A stretch of DNA of 63,845 bases, counting the filler, from Platydemus manokwari (taxonomy: Eukaryota): NCBI GenBank assembly GCA_037951405.1. It is 6 parts of 6 records of this genome, joined end to end, with 100 filler letters (N's around TTAATTAATTAA, not from the genome) between each part and the next. Parts side by side here need not be neighbours in the genome. Positions count along the whole stretch, not along the records: positions 42,763 to 53,401 come from JBBMOY011117330.1; positions 53,502 to 63,845 come from JBBMOY011142771.1; 4 more parts are not named here. One strand, given 5' to 3'. The notes below the pieces were generated by a model. That model saw nothing but the letters and a program-made list of their open reading frames with translations, did no database searches and was not told where the DNA came from. Both the position numbers and the translations under genes were made by a program. This document shows, in pieces, positions 42,763-55,550 of the stretch (position 1 is the first letter of the stretch; each line of letters starts with the position of its first letter).

Positions 42763-45700
42763 AAATAGATTAATATTGTGCGAAAATTTCTAGGAACAAA
42801 TTTAATAATAATTTAACATCAGTATTCATGATACTTTTAATAATTTTATAATAATTTAAAGATGAAATACTTGGCACAACAAATATTTTAAATTTTATAA
42901 ATTTAACTGTAAATAAATATTTTTTAAAAAAAATATAATATGAAATGATGTTTAAATAATTTAAATATTTTAGATATATTATTCTTCTAATGATTCATAT
43001 AATTACATTTAAACAAAACTTTACTACTGTCAAAAAATGTGTTCAAACTTTTATATTAAATCGATATATTTTTACACTTTAATTATAGCGAAATTTAATT
43101 AAGAACTCGACATTCGATGTTTGATCAGTAAATAAAATCACATCGTTCAAAAATTTCATAGAAAATCAATTAGTTATTTGTGTCCATATTTGAGTTGTAT
43201 TTAAAATGTTTGGAATTTATTTTATTAATGTTTCCCCCAATATGTTATTCAAAGTTAAAAATTTAGTAAAAACAAAGCAATTATCGTTTTTGTGATGATT
43301 TTTTCAAACCAAATAAATGACATATTTTAGCAATTTAAATAATTCATAAAAGGACGAGTTTTAAATACTTAACAGCCAGCTTCACTAATTCTTTAAAATT
43401 TGATATTTATCTTATTTTACAATTTCTTATCTAATGTTTAAAAGATCCTTATTAAAAATATTTTGAATCTTTTGAACGAAAAATTCTAGTATGAACTTAA
43501 AGACTTTAAATTAGCGTAGATAAAGTAATGATGGATACTGTATTATATATATGCAACGTTATTTTTTTACCTATCATATTTCTTTTCATTACCGATTTAT
43601 AATTTATCTGATAAGTAACTCGGAATTTTTTCTTTTAGCAATAACCAATGAAATACACAAAAATTAATTTCAAAAACACAGTACTCTTAATTTATTGGAA
43701 CGTATATCGATCAGACCAACTAAAAAATAATTGAGTAACATTAAAACAAATAATGAGAACTGCGGAGTATAATATTCAATAATGGACTCTTTATTTAAGA
43801 AATAAATCTCTATAAATAACCGGAACGAGTTATTTTAGAAATAAATTCAGATTGAACATCTGATTACTTTATCTGATAAACTCCTGGAATGGAAATTATA
43901 TGATCTTATATTTTAAACATATCTTAAAAACATGTCAACTATTTCTTTATCCTTGTTTATATTCCATTCATTTTTCAAATAGATTCCTATAGATCTTCAT
44001 TGGCCTTATCTTGTACATCCCATTCTATTCTTCGTAATCTTGTCAATCCATCAATGCATTTCAATTGAAGTTAAGTTTTTGCCCGTTATATGTCAAGTTT
44101 TCTGTTTCTCAGATTTCTGACCTACATCGAATTTAAATTTATTACAGATTCTTCATTTTATTATTATTATCTGTTTTGATTACAGATTTGGTCATGAAGA
44201 GCTCAAATTTTATGGTACGGTCGTCAAAAGAAACTCCCAATATAATCTTTCAGATTACCGGTATCTTATTAAAAGTCCTTGTGTGTACCAATACATTGAT
44301 TTTATTATCATTCACAATCATTTTAAAAAAGGGTATTTTGTTCATTTATCATCATTATCATCATCCATACACGATACACCGTTCTTGTCTAGTCATCATT
44401 TTTATCTATCCTCTTTCTGAAAAGTATGGTGACAATACTTATGTGTAGTATTTGATACTGCTCTCGATCCACCAGAAATTCTTGAATTATAAAAACTTTT
44501 TTTACTTGTAATAAAACTTACTTTAAGCGATTTTTTATCAATTTTTAATTATACTATTAGATTTTTTAAGGAAATAGAAGCATTTGGCTCTGTCTTCAGG
44601 AACATATCTTACAGACAAATAAGGACCTGGTACATATCAAATCGATTTTAAATTTACATTTTAATGAAAAAATTGTTTAAAATTTCCAATGATTGAAATA
44701 ATATAACAAAGATGATTTTACTAATGTTGTGTTAGTCTACGATGTCAAATCTTAATAATCATCGATTTAAAGAGAAATGTCAATTTATTTGCTGTAAATA
44801 AACAAATAAATTTATTATATTTTATTATCGCGGTTATCATAATCGATTTTTTGTAAAATTTTCTCTTGTTTGATGAATATTTAAAATTTCAAAAAATTCA
44901 TTAATAAATAATAAGCCAGGATTAATGATTGCCGCACATAACTACACAAAGTATATTTCCAGAGATCTAAGTTTTCAGAGATAGACTAGATTATCCGATA
45001 TGTCATACACTGATCTCAAATGATTCAATAACTAATTGAAATTCAAAATCTAAGCTAATTCTAAAGGCATGACCTGCAGAAAGTGCCTATTTGAGTTTGA
45101 GTCAAAAATTCACGCTTTCGCAACGTGCATCCCCTTAAACTCATTTTCTTTATTTAGATATCAGAAATTCATGGAAATTATCTCCGATGAAGTAATTCAA
45201 AGCTCGAATTTCAGAAACAAATCTTTATTTCGTTATTATTTGGTTGAGATATTTAGCTGTGATTTGAAATAATGCTTTAATCGTGGATTGTTCGGGTAAG
45301 GCATACTTTTGAATTGTCTGTAGCGCAATCGATTTACGAATTTTATTTATCTCAAAATATAAATATGACCATTATAACTCCATTATTTATTAAATATTCA
45401 ATTAATTAGGTCCTAGAAGTCAGAATAAGTTTCAACTGGTCATATTGCCAAGATATCTCTCTCTTAAGTGACTAAATAAAGTAAGACAAGATGAAACTCA
45501 TATGTTTCTTATCAGGACCCAGAAGAGAGAGAACTTTGATTTTGTGATGGTGCAAGAAACCTTATACACTAATATCCAAAATATAAAAGTGTACATCGTA
45601 CCAAAAGTATTTTCAGATTTCCTCAAAAAGAGAGTTGTAGTTATCAAAGTTTAATGAATTGTAATTTAAGAAGTTCTTTTCAAGGTCATAAAGAATTTCG

Positions 45701-46613
45701 AGGTTTATAGTATATACTTATTTTTATTCTTGCATTAGAAAAATTATTACTTTAATTTTATTGAACCATTTATTTATAACAGGATTATTTTGGAATTGAA
45801 TTTACATGTAAAATTAGGAGAAAAGTTGTTAAAAGATTTATTTACGGAAAATTGTGTATTATTATTAATTTTATTATTAGAACGCTAACACAAGAAATTT
45901 AATGCCAACAAAAAGTATGTAGAGCTCAAGAAGCCAGTCGAAAAGGTTCAACAAAATTGACAATCAAACTGTGTATCCTCATTGTAGGACTACTTTGCAA
46001 TTGATGTACATTTTTAAAATGACATTTATGGAAGAACTTTGGTTTCCAACAAAAATTCATCAACTGAATTCACATCAAATAGATTTCCTTGAAAATTAAA
46101 ACAAGTTTCCTCCAGATGGAGATTAACCTTGGAATAAGGATTGCTAAGAATGTAAAAATACATAAAGTTGATGTAGGCACTGAAGTAAGCGAGGCTTTTA
46201 GCAATGAGCCGAAGATTGAGTTGAATGACATCCTCAATCCACCACTATGAAGATGAACTCATCAAATTGATAACAAGCTTGCTAGCCTATTAATAGTTCT
46301 AACAATGTTTTATTAATGAAAAGATGAGGAGCAAAAAAATTTGTGACTACCAAGTCAGTCTTTGAAAAGGCCTCTGTGATTATTCTGAAAAGTTAAGTTT
46401 TCGGACTCTTAGATTGTCAAGGTTACAACAGAATTACAATAAATATCGATTATTATGAGAATAAACAAAATAACATTAATAATAATGACAGCGAGCATAA
46501 TAATAATCACAATAATAATTACATTAAGAATCCAGATTTCTAAATAAGTTAAACAATTAAATTTTCAAATAATTAGTTAATACAGAAATCTCGTTAACAA
46601 TTTATCAAGACTA

Positions 46614-47564
46614 TCAATCTTTCGAATCATTACATTCGATGACACAAATCCAATGCAATACCCATTTTCTAAAATTTCTAAACAATATCAAATAAACCAA
46701 TGGGTTGACAACAGTGAGAATAAAATTACAATAAGGAAAATAATACATGTAATACTCATAAAATAGAAATGATATTTTACCATCCGCATACATGGTTTGA
46801 ATTGAAAAATTTATCGACAAAAAAAGTGCATAAGTTGTGTTTATAATGAAATTAGCTATAGTAAATTTGGTTATCAATTTCTTTCTGTTTTTATAATTCG
46901 TTGTTACCGAGTGGCTTTTCAAGCTTCGAAAAAGAAAGTAAATTGAAGTCAAGTTTAAAATTGATATAACAACTACAGGGCCAATGCCAAATACCATTAA
47001 AAAAAGTTTCAAAAATTCTTCCGTCTGTCGAGTTTCACAGAAATAATAATTTGATAAATTACCATTCAGAGTTTCATTGAAATCAATTTTCTGCACGATT
47101 GTGAAGTAACTATTGATTAAAATTATTATAATCCCAAATACAATGGCACTTATTATATATAGATGAATTTCATAAGGTCGCTTATTTCGATAATACATCG
47201 GAAATACAATACATATGAATCTGTCGATTGTAAGAGATACAATTAAATTGACACTGATAATTAACGGTAATAAAAATAACGGTTGCGAAAACATGAAATA
47301 ACAATAGAACTTCGCATACAGCTTGTAATCGGTTTGCAGTGGATTTTCTTCTTGAAATAATAGTGATACTGACAAAATCAATGAAATGATATCAAATATT
47401 GTTTGGGTTTTGATAAGAATAGTAGCAGTTCTTGAAGCGATTTTGTGTTTTGAGGTGAATAGTAGGAGAAAGAAATTAAATACCAGGAAAAATACAGCAA
47501 TAACGTATCGGATAATCACGAAACAAACTGAATCGCCAAGCTTTGTATTGATAAACAAATGCAT
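46614..47564 (-). CDS. Orphan rhodopsin-like (class A) GPCR, single exon, 316 aa
   Basis: Seven hydrophobic segments; LTIDRF (DRY-like); TM3 Cys (FYC) and ECL2 Cys (YFC); NPLVY plus FRNFRKW helix 8. Confidence 0.92.
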   Translation of the reverse strand: MHLFINTKLGDSVCFVIIRYVIAVFFLVFNFFLLLFTSKHKIASRTATILIKTQTIFDIISLILSVSLLFQEENPLQTDYKLYAKFYCYFMFSQPLFLLPLIISVNLIVSLTIDRFICIVFPMYYRNKRPYEIHLYIISAIVFGIIIILINSYFTIVQKIDFNETLNGNLSNYYFCETRQTEEFLKLFLMVFGIGPVVVISILNLTSIYFLFRSLKSHSVTTNYKNRKKLITKFTIANFIINTTYALFLSINFSIQTMYADGKISFLFYEYYMYYFPYCNFILTVVNPLVYLILFRNFRKWVLHWICVIECNDSKD

Positions 47565-48690
47565 CGCTCTATCACAAAGTTCATTAATGATAATAACTAA
47601 AAATCAATTTATTTTTCTTGTTTTTTGATAACCAATCAGCATCAACTCATATTTGATAAACAGATTTATGAAACTCGATAATTGTATAATATAATATTGA
47701 TTTGAAAATTATTATTACTATAACAAATTATACGAAATTCGATAGTTGAAGAAAGAATTATCCTATTTATGACAGAAATACGAAATATTTGTCAAAAGCG
47801 ATATGTAAAATTAAGAATGTTATGATTAAATTGCTTTTCAATCGTAACCAATTCAAGTACCGGCTACTGAGAATGAAGATTTATCCCAGCCATGGCGACT
47901 AGTTAAATACTGCTTAGAAAAAAATGATTACTTTCATAATTTAAAAATTACATCGAAATCGAATGTCACTGAACGTAAAGAATACGAAACGAAATTTAAA
48001 CAAATGCGTTCATCGACCCTGGTCAATAATGGTTAAGCGAATCGTTTTTCTATTCTAATTTTTACATTCTCAATCTTTAAAAATCAGTTTCTAATCTTTG
48101 ATTTGTTGATTAAATAAACACATAGCTTGTCATATTAAATTATCATAAAACATTACAAAATCTATTGTCTCCCGTATAACAAAATATGAATTTTCAACAT
48201 ATATAATAAATAACGAAAAGCTCGATAGTTTATAATTTTAATGTCTATTTTGACAAACAACTATTTATCCATTTCACTAACAAACGGGTTATTTGTTAAC
48301 ATGTTTAATCAAAAAGAATTGACATATATCAATATCAAGAGTTTGGAATTTGTAAAACAATACAAATTCAAAAGATGGATTATATCTGGTTTTCGTTTGG
48401 GAATTGTAACCATAATAACAAAATTTCAGAAGAATTCATCTTCACACTGCAATTATTTATACATTTTTGCTAATTATTTTCTAATACATATGAATACTTC
48501 CAAATTAATCGCTTTATTTCAATCCAATGTCATTGCCATCAGTCATAATAATTCTAAACAATATTGTATTATTTGGTCCATAACAAACATAATCTCACCG
48601 AAGTTACCAACATTAAAGAAGGCATCATTATATTAACCATTCAAAATATAAAATTCAAAATCAATCATATCCAACATGGTTTATTAGTAA

Positions 48691-48700
48691 NNNNNNNNNN
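48691..48700. other. Assembly gap (10 N)
   Basis: Run of N. Confidence 0.99.
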
Positions 48701-49173
48701 GACTGAATTGAGAGTATCAAAATTTAATTTATTATGCTTTATAGCATGCATCGAAATTTTTAAAAAAATGATTAATTAAAATAACGTTAAATTAATCAAA
48801 CAAAGCTTAAACAAATATTTATAATATTGGATTGAGTAAAAAATTAATTAAAGAAGTCAAAATGTAATACTATATTAAGATATGGAAGAATACTAATTCA
48901 CTTGATTTTAATTAATGCTTTCATTGTTTAATTATTAAGTCAGTAAAATTTTATTAAATCTGAAGTATTTAACTACTACTTTTATTTATCTCATTATAAA
49001 GTGAATGTAAAGTATTATCAATGAATTAAAAATTTTAAATGAAGTGAAATTCAATTATATTGATTGAAGTTGTAATATATACTTTTACTAAGGATTAACT
49101 TGTCATATAGATTGATAAATAATTACACAAATAATTATACAACACATTATGAACCTATTTGGAGTCTATCAGT

Positions 49174-49922
49174 TGTGGTGATAAAAGCAAACGAATTCGA
49201 GTATACTTTTAAAAATAAGAAGATGCCAGATAATGAAATTGAATTCGAAGATGCACCCTGACTAGTTGTAAGAAATAGCTTAGCAGTGACGAGTTAAAAG
49301 CAATAATCAGGATACTACTAAGAGGGGATACAAAAAAGTTATCATTAATTTTATATATAATAGGGAGAAACATGACTCGCTCAAACTAAAAGTAATAATC
49401 CTCGAGAAATATATGTCTTTGAGTAGATCAAAAACCCATCAAAAGGGTTGCAAAACCAAAGAAAAAACCATAAAAGGGCGATATACACAGACCAGATACG
49501 CACATGTCCCGTCAGCCAATCAGATTCGATTTAATATTAATTCATATTCAGTAGCTAAGAATCGACAAACACATACCTACGGAACACAGCAAACTCAAAT
49601 ATTAGCCAATGCATGGGAGATGCAAAGAAAATTTCAAGTAGACCGATCTACGAACAAATTAAACAAATGAAAAACGAAGATCCGTCATATCAAGCAGGCA
49701 TACCCGATAAATCTATAAAAGAGGCTGAGTTCCTTGCGGTTTTCAGTAATAACTCTTTTTGATTACTTTCTATTCTGTTTTTGACTGCCGAGTGCTTATC
49801 CCGTCTTGAGTAATTAACTATTGTGAGTTGTAAAGAGCCTTACTTGTAGTTATTGAGATTGCGATTGTGAAATTTTGAGTAATATAGTTTTCAGATCTAA
49901 TTTTTGATTAATACACTCAACA
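49174..49922 (+). mobile_element. Probable LTR between the two GPCR genes
   Basis: Starts TGT, ends ACA; ctataaaag TATA-like box at ~49713 followed by a tcagt Inr-like site and a T-rich U5-like stretch; pol remnant downstream. Confidence 0.45.
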
Positions 49923-50689
49923 ATGTGAAAAAAATAGAAGCTAAGGAAGAAAAATTATCAGTAAGAAGTAATTAAGTTTCATATCAATTCAAAAATGATA
50001 AATTGTAGCATTGAAAAATAACATAATGACATCATTAAAAACATCAAATAGTATATAGATTAAACGCGATAAAAATAATGAAAAGAAACAAAAACGACAA
50101 AATGTTTTACCCAAGAGAAATACCGACTATGAACAGATATAATAATAAGTAATATCTGAACATTAGAATTAGTTGTCACGAGAGCAGATATATCCGTAGT
50201 AAATGTTAAGTACTTAGTTAAATTAAAAACTATGTATTCAGCCGGATAAATGAAACTGATAGAAGCAGTATGAAATTGAAGTTCTTGGTAAGATCAATTT
50301 ATCAGTTTGAATAGATGATTAAGACATATATCATGTATTTTGGGTAACTGATAAATGGAGTAATGAAGCCATAACATGTATGGACTTGTTACGATAATTA
50401 AAAGGATTCAATTATTGAATTAGTCACAGGATGAGTGATAAAATGGAAAATAATATTTCATCAAAATACAAATTTTAGGAAAAAATTACATAACGAACAT
50501 ATAACAAGTAAACCAGAGATGTATGCAAAAATGGAAAAGGGAAAAACTCCAAAAACACAACAATAACCGAAACCGAAATAAAAAAAATCAGTTACTCCCA
50601 CTGAATGTTAATCTAATCCCGTCAGTAATGGTAAATGAAGCCAGACTAATGAGAGAGGGAAAAAAGGCTGCAGAAGATGCTTGATAAAT

Positions 50690-50865
50690 ATAAATACAGC
50701 GGCAAAATGTGAATTCGATGTCATATAGTATAAAATTCACATAGCAGATAATACACCAATAAAGTTATCACATCAAACCATACCTTTAAATTATCGGGAA
50801 AACGGAAAAAAGTTATCAACTTCTAGAATTTGGAATAATACGCTCAAGCCCATCATAGTATAAAA
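50690..50865 (+). mobile_element. Decayed Gypsy pol fragment (pre-RT region)
   Basis: YKIHIADNTPIK and QLLEFGIIRSSPS resemble HxIxTxDxxPI and LLxxGIIRPSxSP. Confidence 0.6.
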
Positions 50866-51483
50866 CCTATAATTTATTATATTATTTTCAAACTTTCCGA
50901 CATCCGACATTGATATATGATCAGTTTTAAATTATCAAATGAATAAATCAAAACATTGGTGTTGAATAAAAATATATCCATCCATTTGACTTTGATTTAA
51001 GCAATTCAAAGATTTTGCTAATTTATATGAAAAATTCATAACAAAATAGATATAAATTTATAAATCAATTAAAGAATATCAATAGCCTAAAAACAAATTA
51101 ATTATTGCAATAAAGCTATTATAAATATCTTTTAATGGATTTATTATTTCTGTAATATCGAAAAGTATTTTGCATATTGGAAACATGATGCATATCGATC
51201 AACCTATTGTCAATGAAATTATCAAATATATTTTAATTAAAACCAGAGTCCACACAAGTTGTGGTTTCCCAATAAAATCATAACGTAATTTTTATTCTCA
51301 ACGATATTTTAATAAATGACATCAATTTCCGAACATCAAGAATTGTGAGAATGTTGAAAAATCTTGACAGTTTTAAGTTACCATTGGCATATCAATGTGT
51401 CAATTCATTTGTGAGCATCCGAATAAATAATAATCGAATATTTAAATTGTAATGATACCATCAAATGCTTTGTGAAGTTTATA

Positions 51484-52452
51484 TTATTTATTCCAATATT
51501 TTGGAAATATTTTCAATATCATCCATTGAAATAGAGTAATTGAGAATTCGCGAAACTTTGGAAATATTATTAAATATGCTACTGGATTGATAATTGTCAG
51601 GTATCCAAATTCGAATTCATAATAATAATAGTAAAAATATGATATTCGTTTACCTATAAGTTTCGTAAAAATCATCAATTGCATTACTGAATCCATGACC
51701 AGTATGATGGCATAAAATGAATTGGAAACAAGATTAGCTAGAGTAAATCGTGTTAACATTTTCTTTCGAACATTATTGATGCTTTGGTTATTAATATTAG
51801 CTATGCTTTTCATACTCAAATATATAAAATAACCTGAAAAACAATTCAGAATTACGATTATAACCACTGGACCAACATTGCAGGTTATAATATAACTTAT
51901 CGTAAAAATTTGAGGTGTTTTATAATTACAGAAGTACAGCTTTGTGATGTTTTCAGCTGAAGTATTGAAAATATTTGTTCTTATTTCAGTAAAAGTTATG
52001 AAAACCATCATATAGGTAAATGGGATCAAAGTGAAAAAGATTGAGTAGACATATCCTGTAAACGATTTTCTCTTTTTGTAATAAATGGAAAACACGATGC
52101 ATATTGATCTATCGATTGTCAACGAAACCATCAAATAAATACTCATGTTTATAAAGTTCCAATAAATGACTTTCTCATGTACAACGTGGCAATAGAATAT
52201 AGCATAAATAATATTTTCAGAATGGAAATATATCTGTTCTTGGAACGGGGCAAAACACAACGCCAATAGTGCGAATATATCAAACATCGTACAAATTTTG
52301 ATGAGAAACTTAGCATTTCGTGATGCTATTTTTTCTTTTGAAACGAAAACTAACAAAACAATATTCAATAAAAGAAAAGCAAAAATGAAAATATATCGAA
52401 CTATCACAAATCCAATCGAATCACCGAGAGTGGCATCTATTATAAACAACAT
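51484..52452 (-). CDS. Orphan rhodopsin-like GPCR, single exon, 322 aa; tandem paralog of 46614-47564
   Basis: 7TM pattern; LTIDRS; FYC/YFC cysteines; NPVAY plus FPKFREF; shares LGDSxxFVIxRY, KIASR, GPVVxIxILN and TxFTxAN with the paralog. Confidence 0.92.
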   Translation of the reverse strand: MLFIIDATLGDSIGFVIVRYIFIFAFLLLNIVLLVFVSKEKIASRNAKFLIKICTMFDIFALLALCFAPFQEQIYFHSENIIYAIFYCHVVHEKVIYWNFINMSIYLMVSLTIDRSICIVFSIYYKKRKSFTGYVYSIFFTLIPFTYMMVFITFTEIRTNIFNTSAENITKLYFCNYKTPQIFTISYIITCNVGPVVIIVILNCFSGYFIYLSMKSIANINNQSINNVRKKMLTRFTLANLVSNSFYAIILVMDSVMQLMIFTKLIGKRISYFYYYYYEFEFGYLTIINPVAYLIIFPKFREFSITLFQWMILKIFPKYWNK

Positions 52453-52759
52453 TATTGAATGATATAAAAATATGAAGCAATGGATTTATTTAAAGAATAA
52501 ACAATTTTATACTGGCTAAAATAAATAACTAATGGCAAATAAGAATGTGGGAATATTTATTGATTTATAGATGTTTATTATAGGAAATTTACTTTGTGTG
52601 AATTGTTTAATCAAAATTTTTTATTTCAAATTCACTTTATCATATGATGGAAATTTTACTTTTTCAATGGCTGCTTGTACATATTTCCGATAGTCGCATC
52701 ATTATCTCATCATGCATCATCTTTTGCGATAATAACTCTATTTCCAATTTTCTTTCCTT

Positions 52760-52960
52760 GATTATAATTTCTTTGAATAATTTTATTCATCTTCTTACTA
52801 TAGGACCTATAAGTTGATGCATTTATTTTTCTGAAATCTTGAATTGGCTTATAAATATCTTATCAAATGTTTTGGAAAACGGATTCTTAACGGACTGTGT
52901 ATGACCAACTGATAATTCATGGGGATATTTCCCTCGGTTATAGTGTTCTGTTTTGTTCAC
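52760..52960 (-). mobile_element. Decayed Gypsy integrase C-terminal (GPF/Y-type) fragment
   Basis: VKNPFSKTFDKIFISQFKISEKINASTYR resembles KLxxxFxGPFKIxExxxxxTY. Confidence 0.5.
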
Positions 52961-53059
52961 TAAACTTCTTTCGTTTAAAGAGTTGCACACTTGTATAGGG
53001 AAAAGGCGTAAAATTACTTTTGTATAAATTTTACTTTGTGTTTTTATTTAGAATTAGCA

Positions 53060-53400
53060 TTTCGAGGAGGACTCTCGGGGGAAGGACTGGACAGACGATA
53101 CATCAATTATTGGCTTATTTTATTATCTCTCGATGACTTCGGGTTCTGGTCTGACCTCGGGGAGACTCGCTCGGACTATTTTGACGTAAAATAACTTCCT
53201 ATAATTTCTTACACAAATATTTTAATTCAGTTTCATCATTCGAGGACTCTCTGGGGGAAGATCAGTCAGACGATACATTGATTTAAGGTCTTAAGGAATT
53301 CCCCTCGCACTCTCCCAGTTTATTTCAATTATCAATCAATGACTTCGGTTTCGGGTTTTCCCTCGGAGAGAAACCTCAACTCATAACCACTAAAATCTAT
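53060..53400. repeat. GC-richer diverged tandem duplication (~180-210 nt period)
   Basis: Block ttcgagga..ctct..gggggaag...cagacgatacat at ~53061 and ~53239; block atgacttcgg.ttc.gg....cctcgg.gaga at ~53132 and ~53339. Confidence 0.8.
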
Positions 53401-53401
53401 T

Positions 53402-53501
53402 NNNNNNNNNNNNNNNNNNNNNNNNNNNNNNNNNNNNNNNNNNNNTTAATTAATTAANNNNNNNNNNNNNNNNNNNNNNNNNNNNNNNNNNNNNNNNNNN
53501 N
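53402..53501. other. Artificial contig linker
   Basis: N44-TTAATTAATTAA-N44. Confidence 0.97.
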
Positions 53502-55080
53502 CCAATTTTCAAAATGTTCCATAATTAAAACAAATATGATGCGTATAAACAAATCAAACAATGTTGACTGATTTTGATGACTTATGAATAGAGCTTCAAA
53601 ATGACGTGTATGTTAATAATTTGCTACAGCACATCTGGTGTCAAATTCCGGTTATTAAGTTATAGACCCAATATTAAAAAATTTATCTTTCACTTATGAT
53701 GTCTCACTGAATAATATCGATTTTACTATAACAAAACAAATTTTACACCCGGTAAAAATCTATTGATTCTAAAATATCTGACAACAGTTAATTATTTGGT
53801 ATCCCAGACAAGAGTAATATATAAGTACTACGCAAAAAACTGAGGGGAATATCGCTACCAATTTCATTTAATCTTATTCCGATGATAGTGCACTTTACAA
53901 TGATATACCAAAAATATGACGATAAAAGTGTGGGTAAATTAGTAAATAAATTATTAATTCACTATATTATAAACTCTTGATTGATATGGGATAATTGCCA
54001 TCGAATGAGCCAATTCTATTGAGAAAAACTCTTTTTATCGATGTGCATTTGGGGAATATCATACATGGTTCTATAAATAATTGATATCTATGTTTTGATA
54101 TATACATACACACGCATATATCTCTCTATATATATGTAGCAATTAATAATCACCCGGTGTGTTAGGTTTGTTAGAAGCACACGTGTTTAATTGATGCTGA
54201 ATTATCCGACTAGAACCAAAATAATTTTTCAATATCGACTGAAATGTCAACAATTGATAATCACTGTCAAGAAAGGAGTAACATTTGGAATCAAAAATCA
54301 AGATCAAATACCTCACTTATTTGTAAAAAATAAGAATTTTTCATTCGATATATCCTAATCTATGACAACCGTTACTTAAGGTCTTTAAAACAAAAGTTTC
54401 CAGAGCACCCAGATAAGTTGAATATATAATTTTTTAAACCTTAAATACTTTTTAAAATGATTATTCATAAAATATCATGTACTGATACGAAATCTCAATG
54501 AAATGATTACCAATATCAATAAGATCTCATCCGATACTGGCACCAATTTTCTAAATATACTCCACACATTATACTACGATTTCAGATTTTAAATGCTAAT
54601 TGTTATTTTTTCTCTTTATTTTTTCCAAAAATATTTATCGTTGATTATATGATTCTATTTCTGTTGAAACTACTTCAATCAATTTATCCACAATCAATGG
54701 AATAGAAAAAAAACTCGAATACTGTTCAAAATACTAATCTTATATTATGATGATTGTAAGGAAAAGAACTTGTCGATTTAACTATTTGAAATAATTTGGT
54801 AAAGGGCCAATAAACATGTTTCGTAGGGCTTTCATAATCAAATACGAAATCGACCATTTAATAATTTTCTTACGAAACTCCACATCCATTCTGCCACTTG
54901 CTCATGGGCAAGCATTTATTTATATTCAATTTTATAGTGGCTTGAATTTCTTAGAGGTTAATAAATCAAATATCTTAGGAACCATTGAAATAATCATTAA
55001 TCTGGGTCCAATATTTATAGAAAAGCTTTCAGTTATAAGATTCATGTATGATTATTTCGAAACAAACCCATCAAAAATAC

Positions 55081-55215
55081 CTGGTTTAAATTCTGTTTCT
55101 TCATCCACCGATTGTTTCATAGATGTAATGTCGTGAAAAGTTAGTAACAATAGCAGAACTTCTTGTTTTTCATTCGTGATTGGATGGACTTGTAACACGA
55201 TCCAAATTGGCCCCC
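55081..55215 (-). CDS. eag: eag-family voltage-gated K+ channel, exon 3 (PAC: RGPIWIVLQVHPITNEKQEVLLLLLTFHDITSMKQSVDEETEFKP)
   Basis: Acceptor ttcag|, donor cag|gtattt; phase 1/1; matches Eag PxWLLLQVAPIRNE...FLLTFRDITALKQP. Confidence 0.93.
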
Positions 55216-55319
55216 CTGAAAATTATTGATTGATAAAAGGTATTTCAAAATTGATGTTCACAAATTAAAAGTTTCGATTTCTTCTTTTATTGAAAGTTGT
55301 CAATGAGGAGCAAACTAAC

Positions 55320-55550
55320 TATTTTTCTTGTAGACCAATAATTCACATTGAAAATATTCGTATTTATTCAAGGCCGAATACCATTGCTCCAAACATTCCT
55401 TGTTCGTTTCTTCACCATGAAGAAATGAACATCGACTGCTTTTCTGCATCACTTCCGTTCGAAGATATCCGGTCAGTTTGGAGAAAGCTTCATTGACATA
55501 GATGATGGGATGGTCGACAATTTTTGCATTTGCTAGAATGAAACTGCTAT
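55320..55550 (-). CDS. eag: eag-family K+ channel, exon 2 (PAS: SSFILANAKIVDHPIIYVNEAFSKLTGYLRTEVMQKSSRCSFLHGEETNKE...ELLVYKKN)
   Basis: Acceptor ttttccag|, donor |gttagt; 231 nt; matches Eag SSFLLANAQIVDFPIVYCNE...EVMQKS...LLYKKN. Confidence 0.95.

Noticed and set aside
48241-48636. 131-aa + strand ORF, or a third GPCR pseudogene
   Set aside because: AT-rich, no GPCR motifs on either strand; only a faint MULE-like IMTD motif on the - strand.
54540-54590. KYTPHIILRF resembling the eag pre-S1 motif PPHILLHY
   Set aside because: Wrong strand relative to eag, and no continuation.
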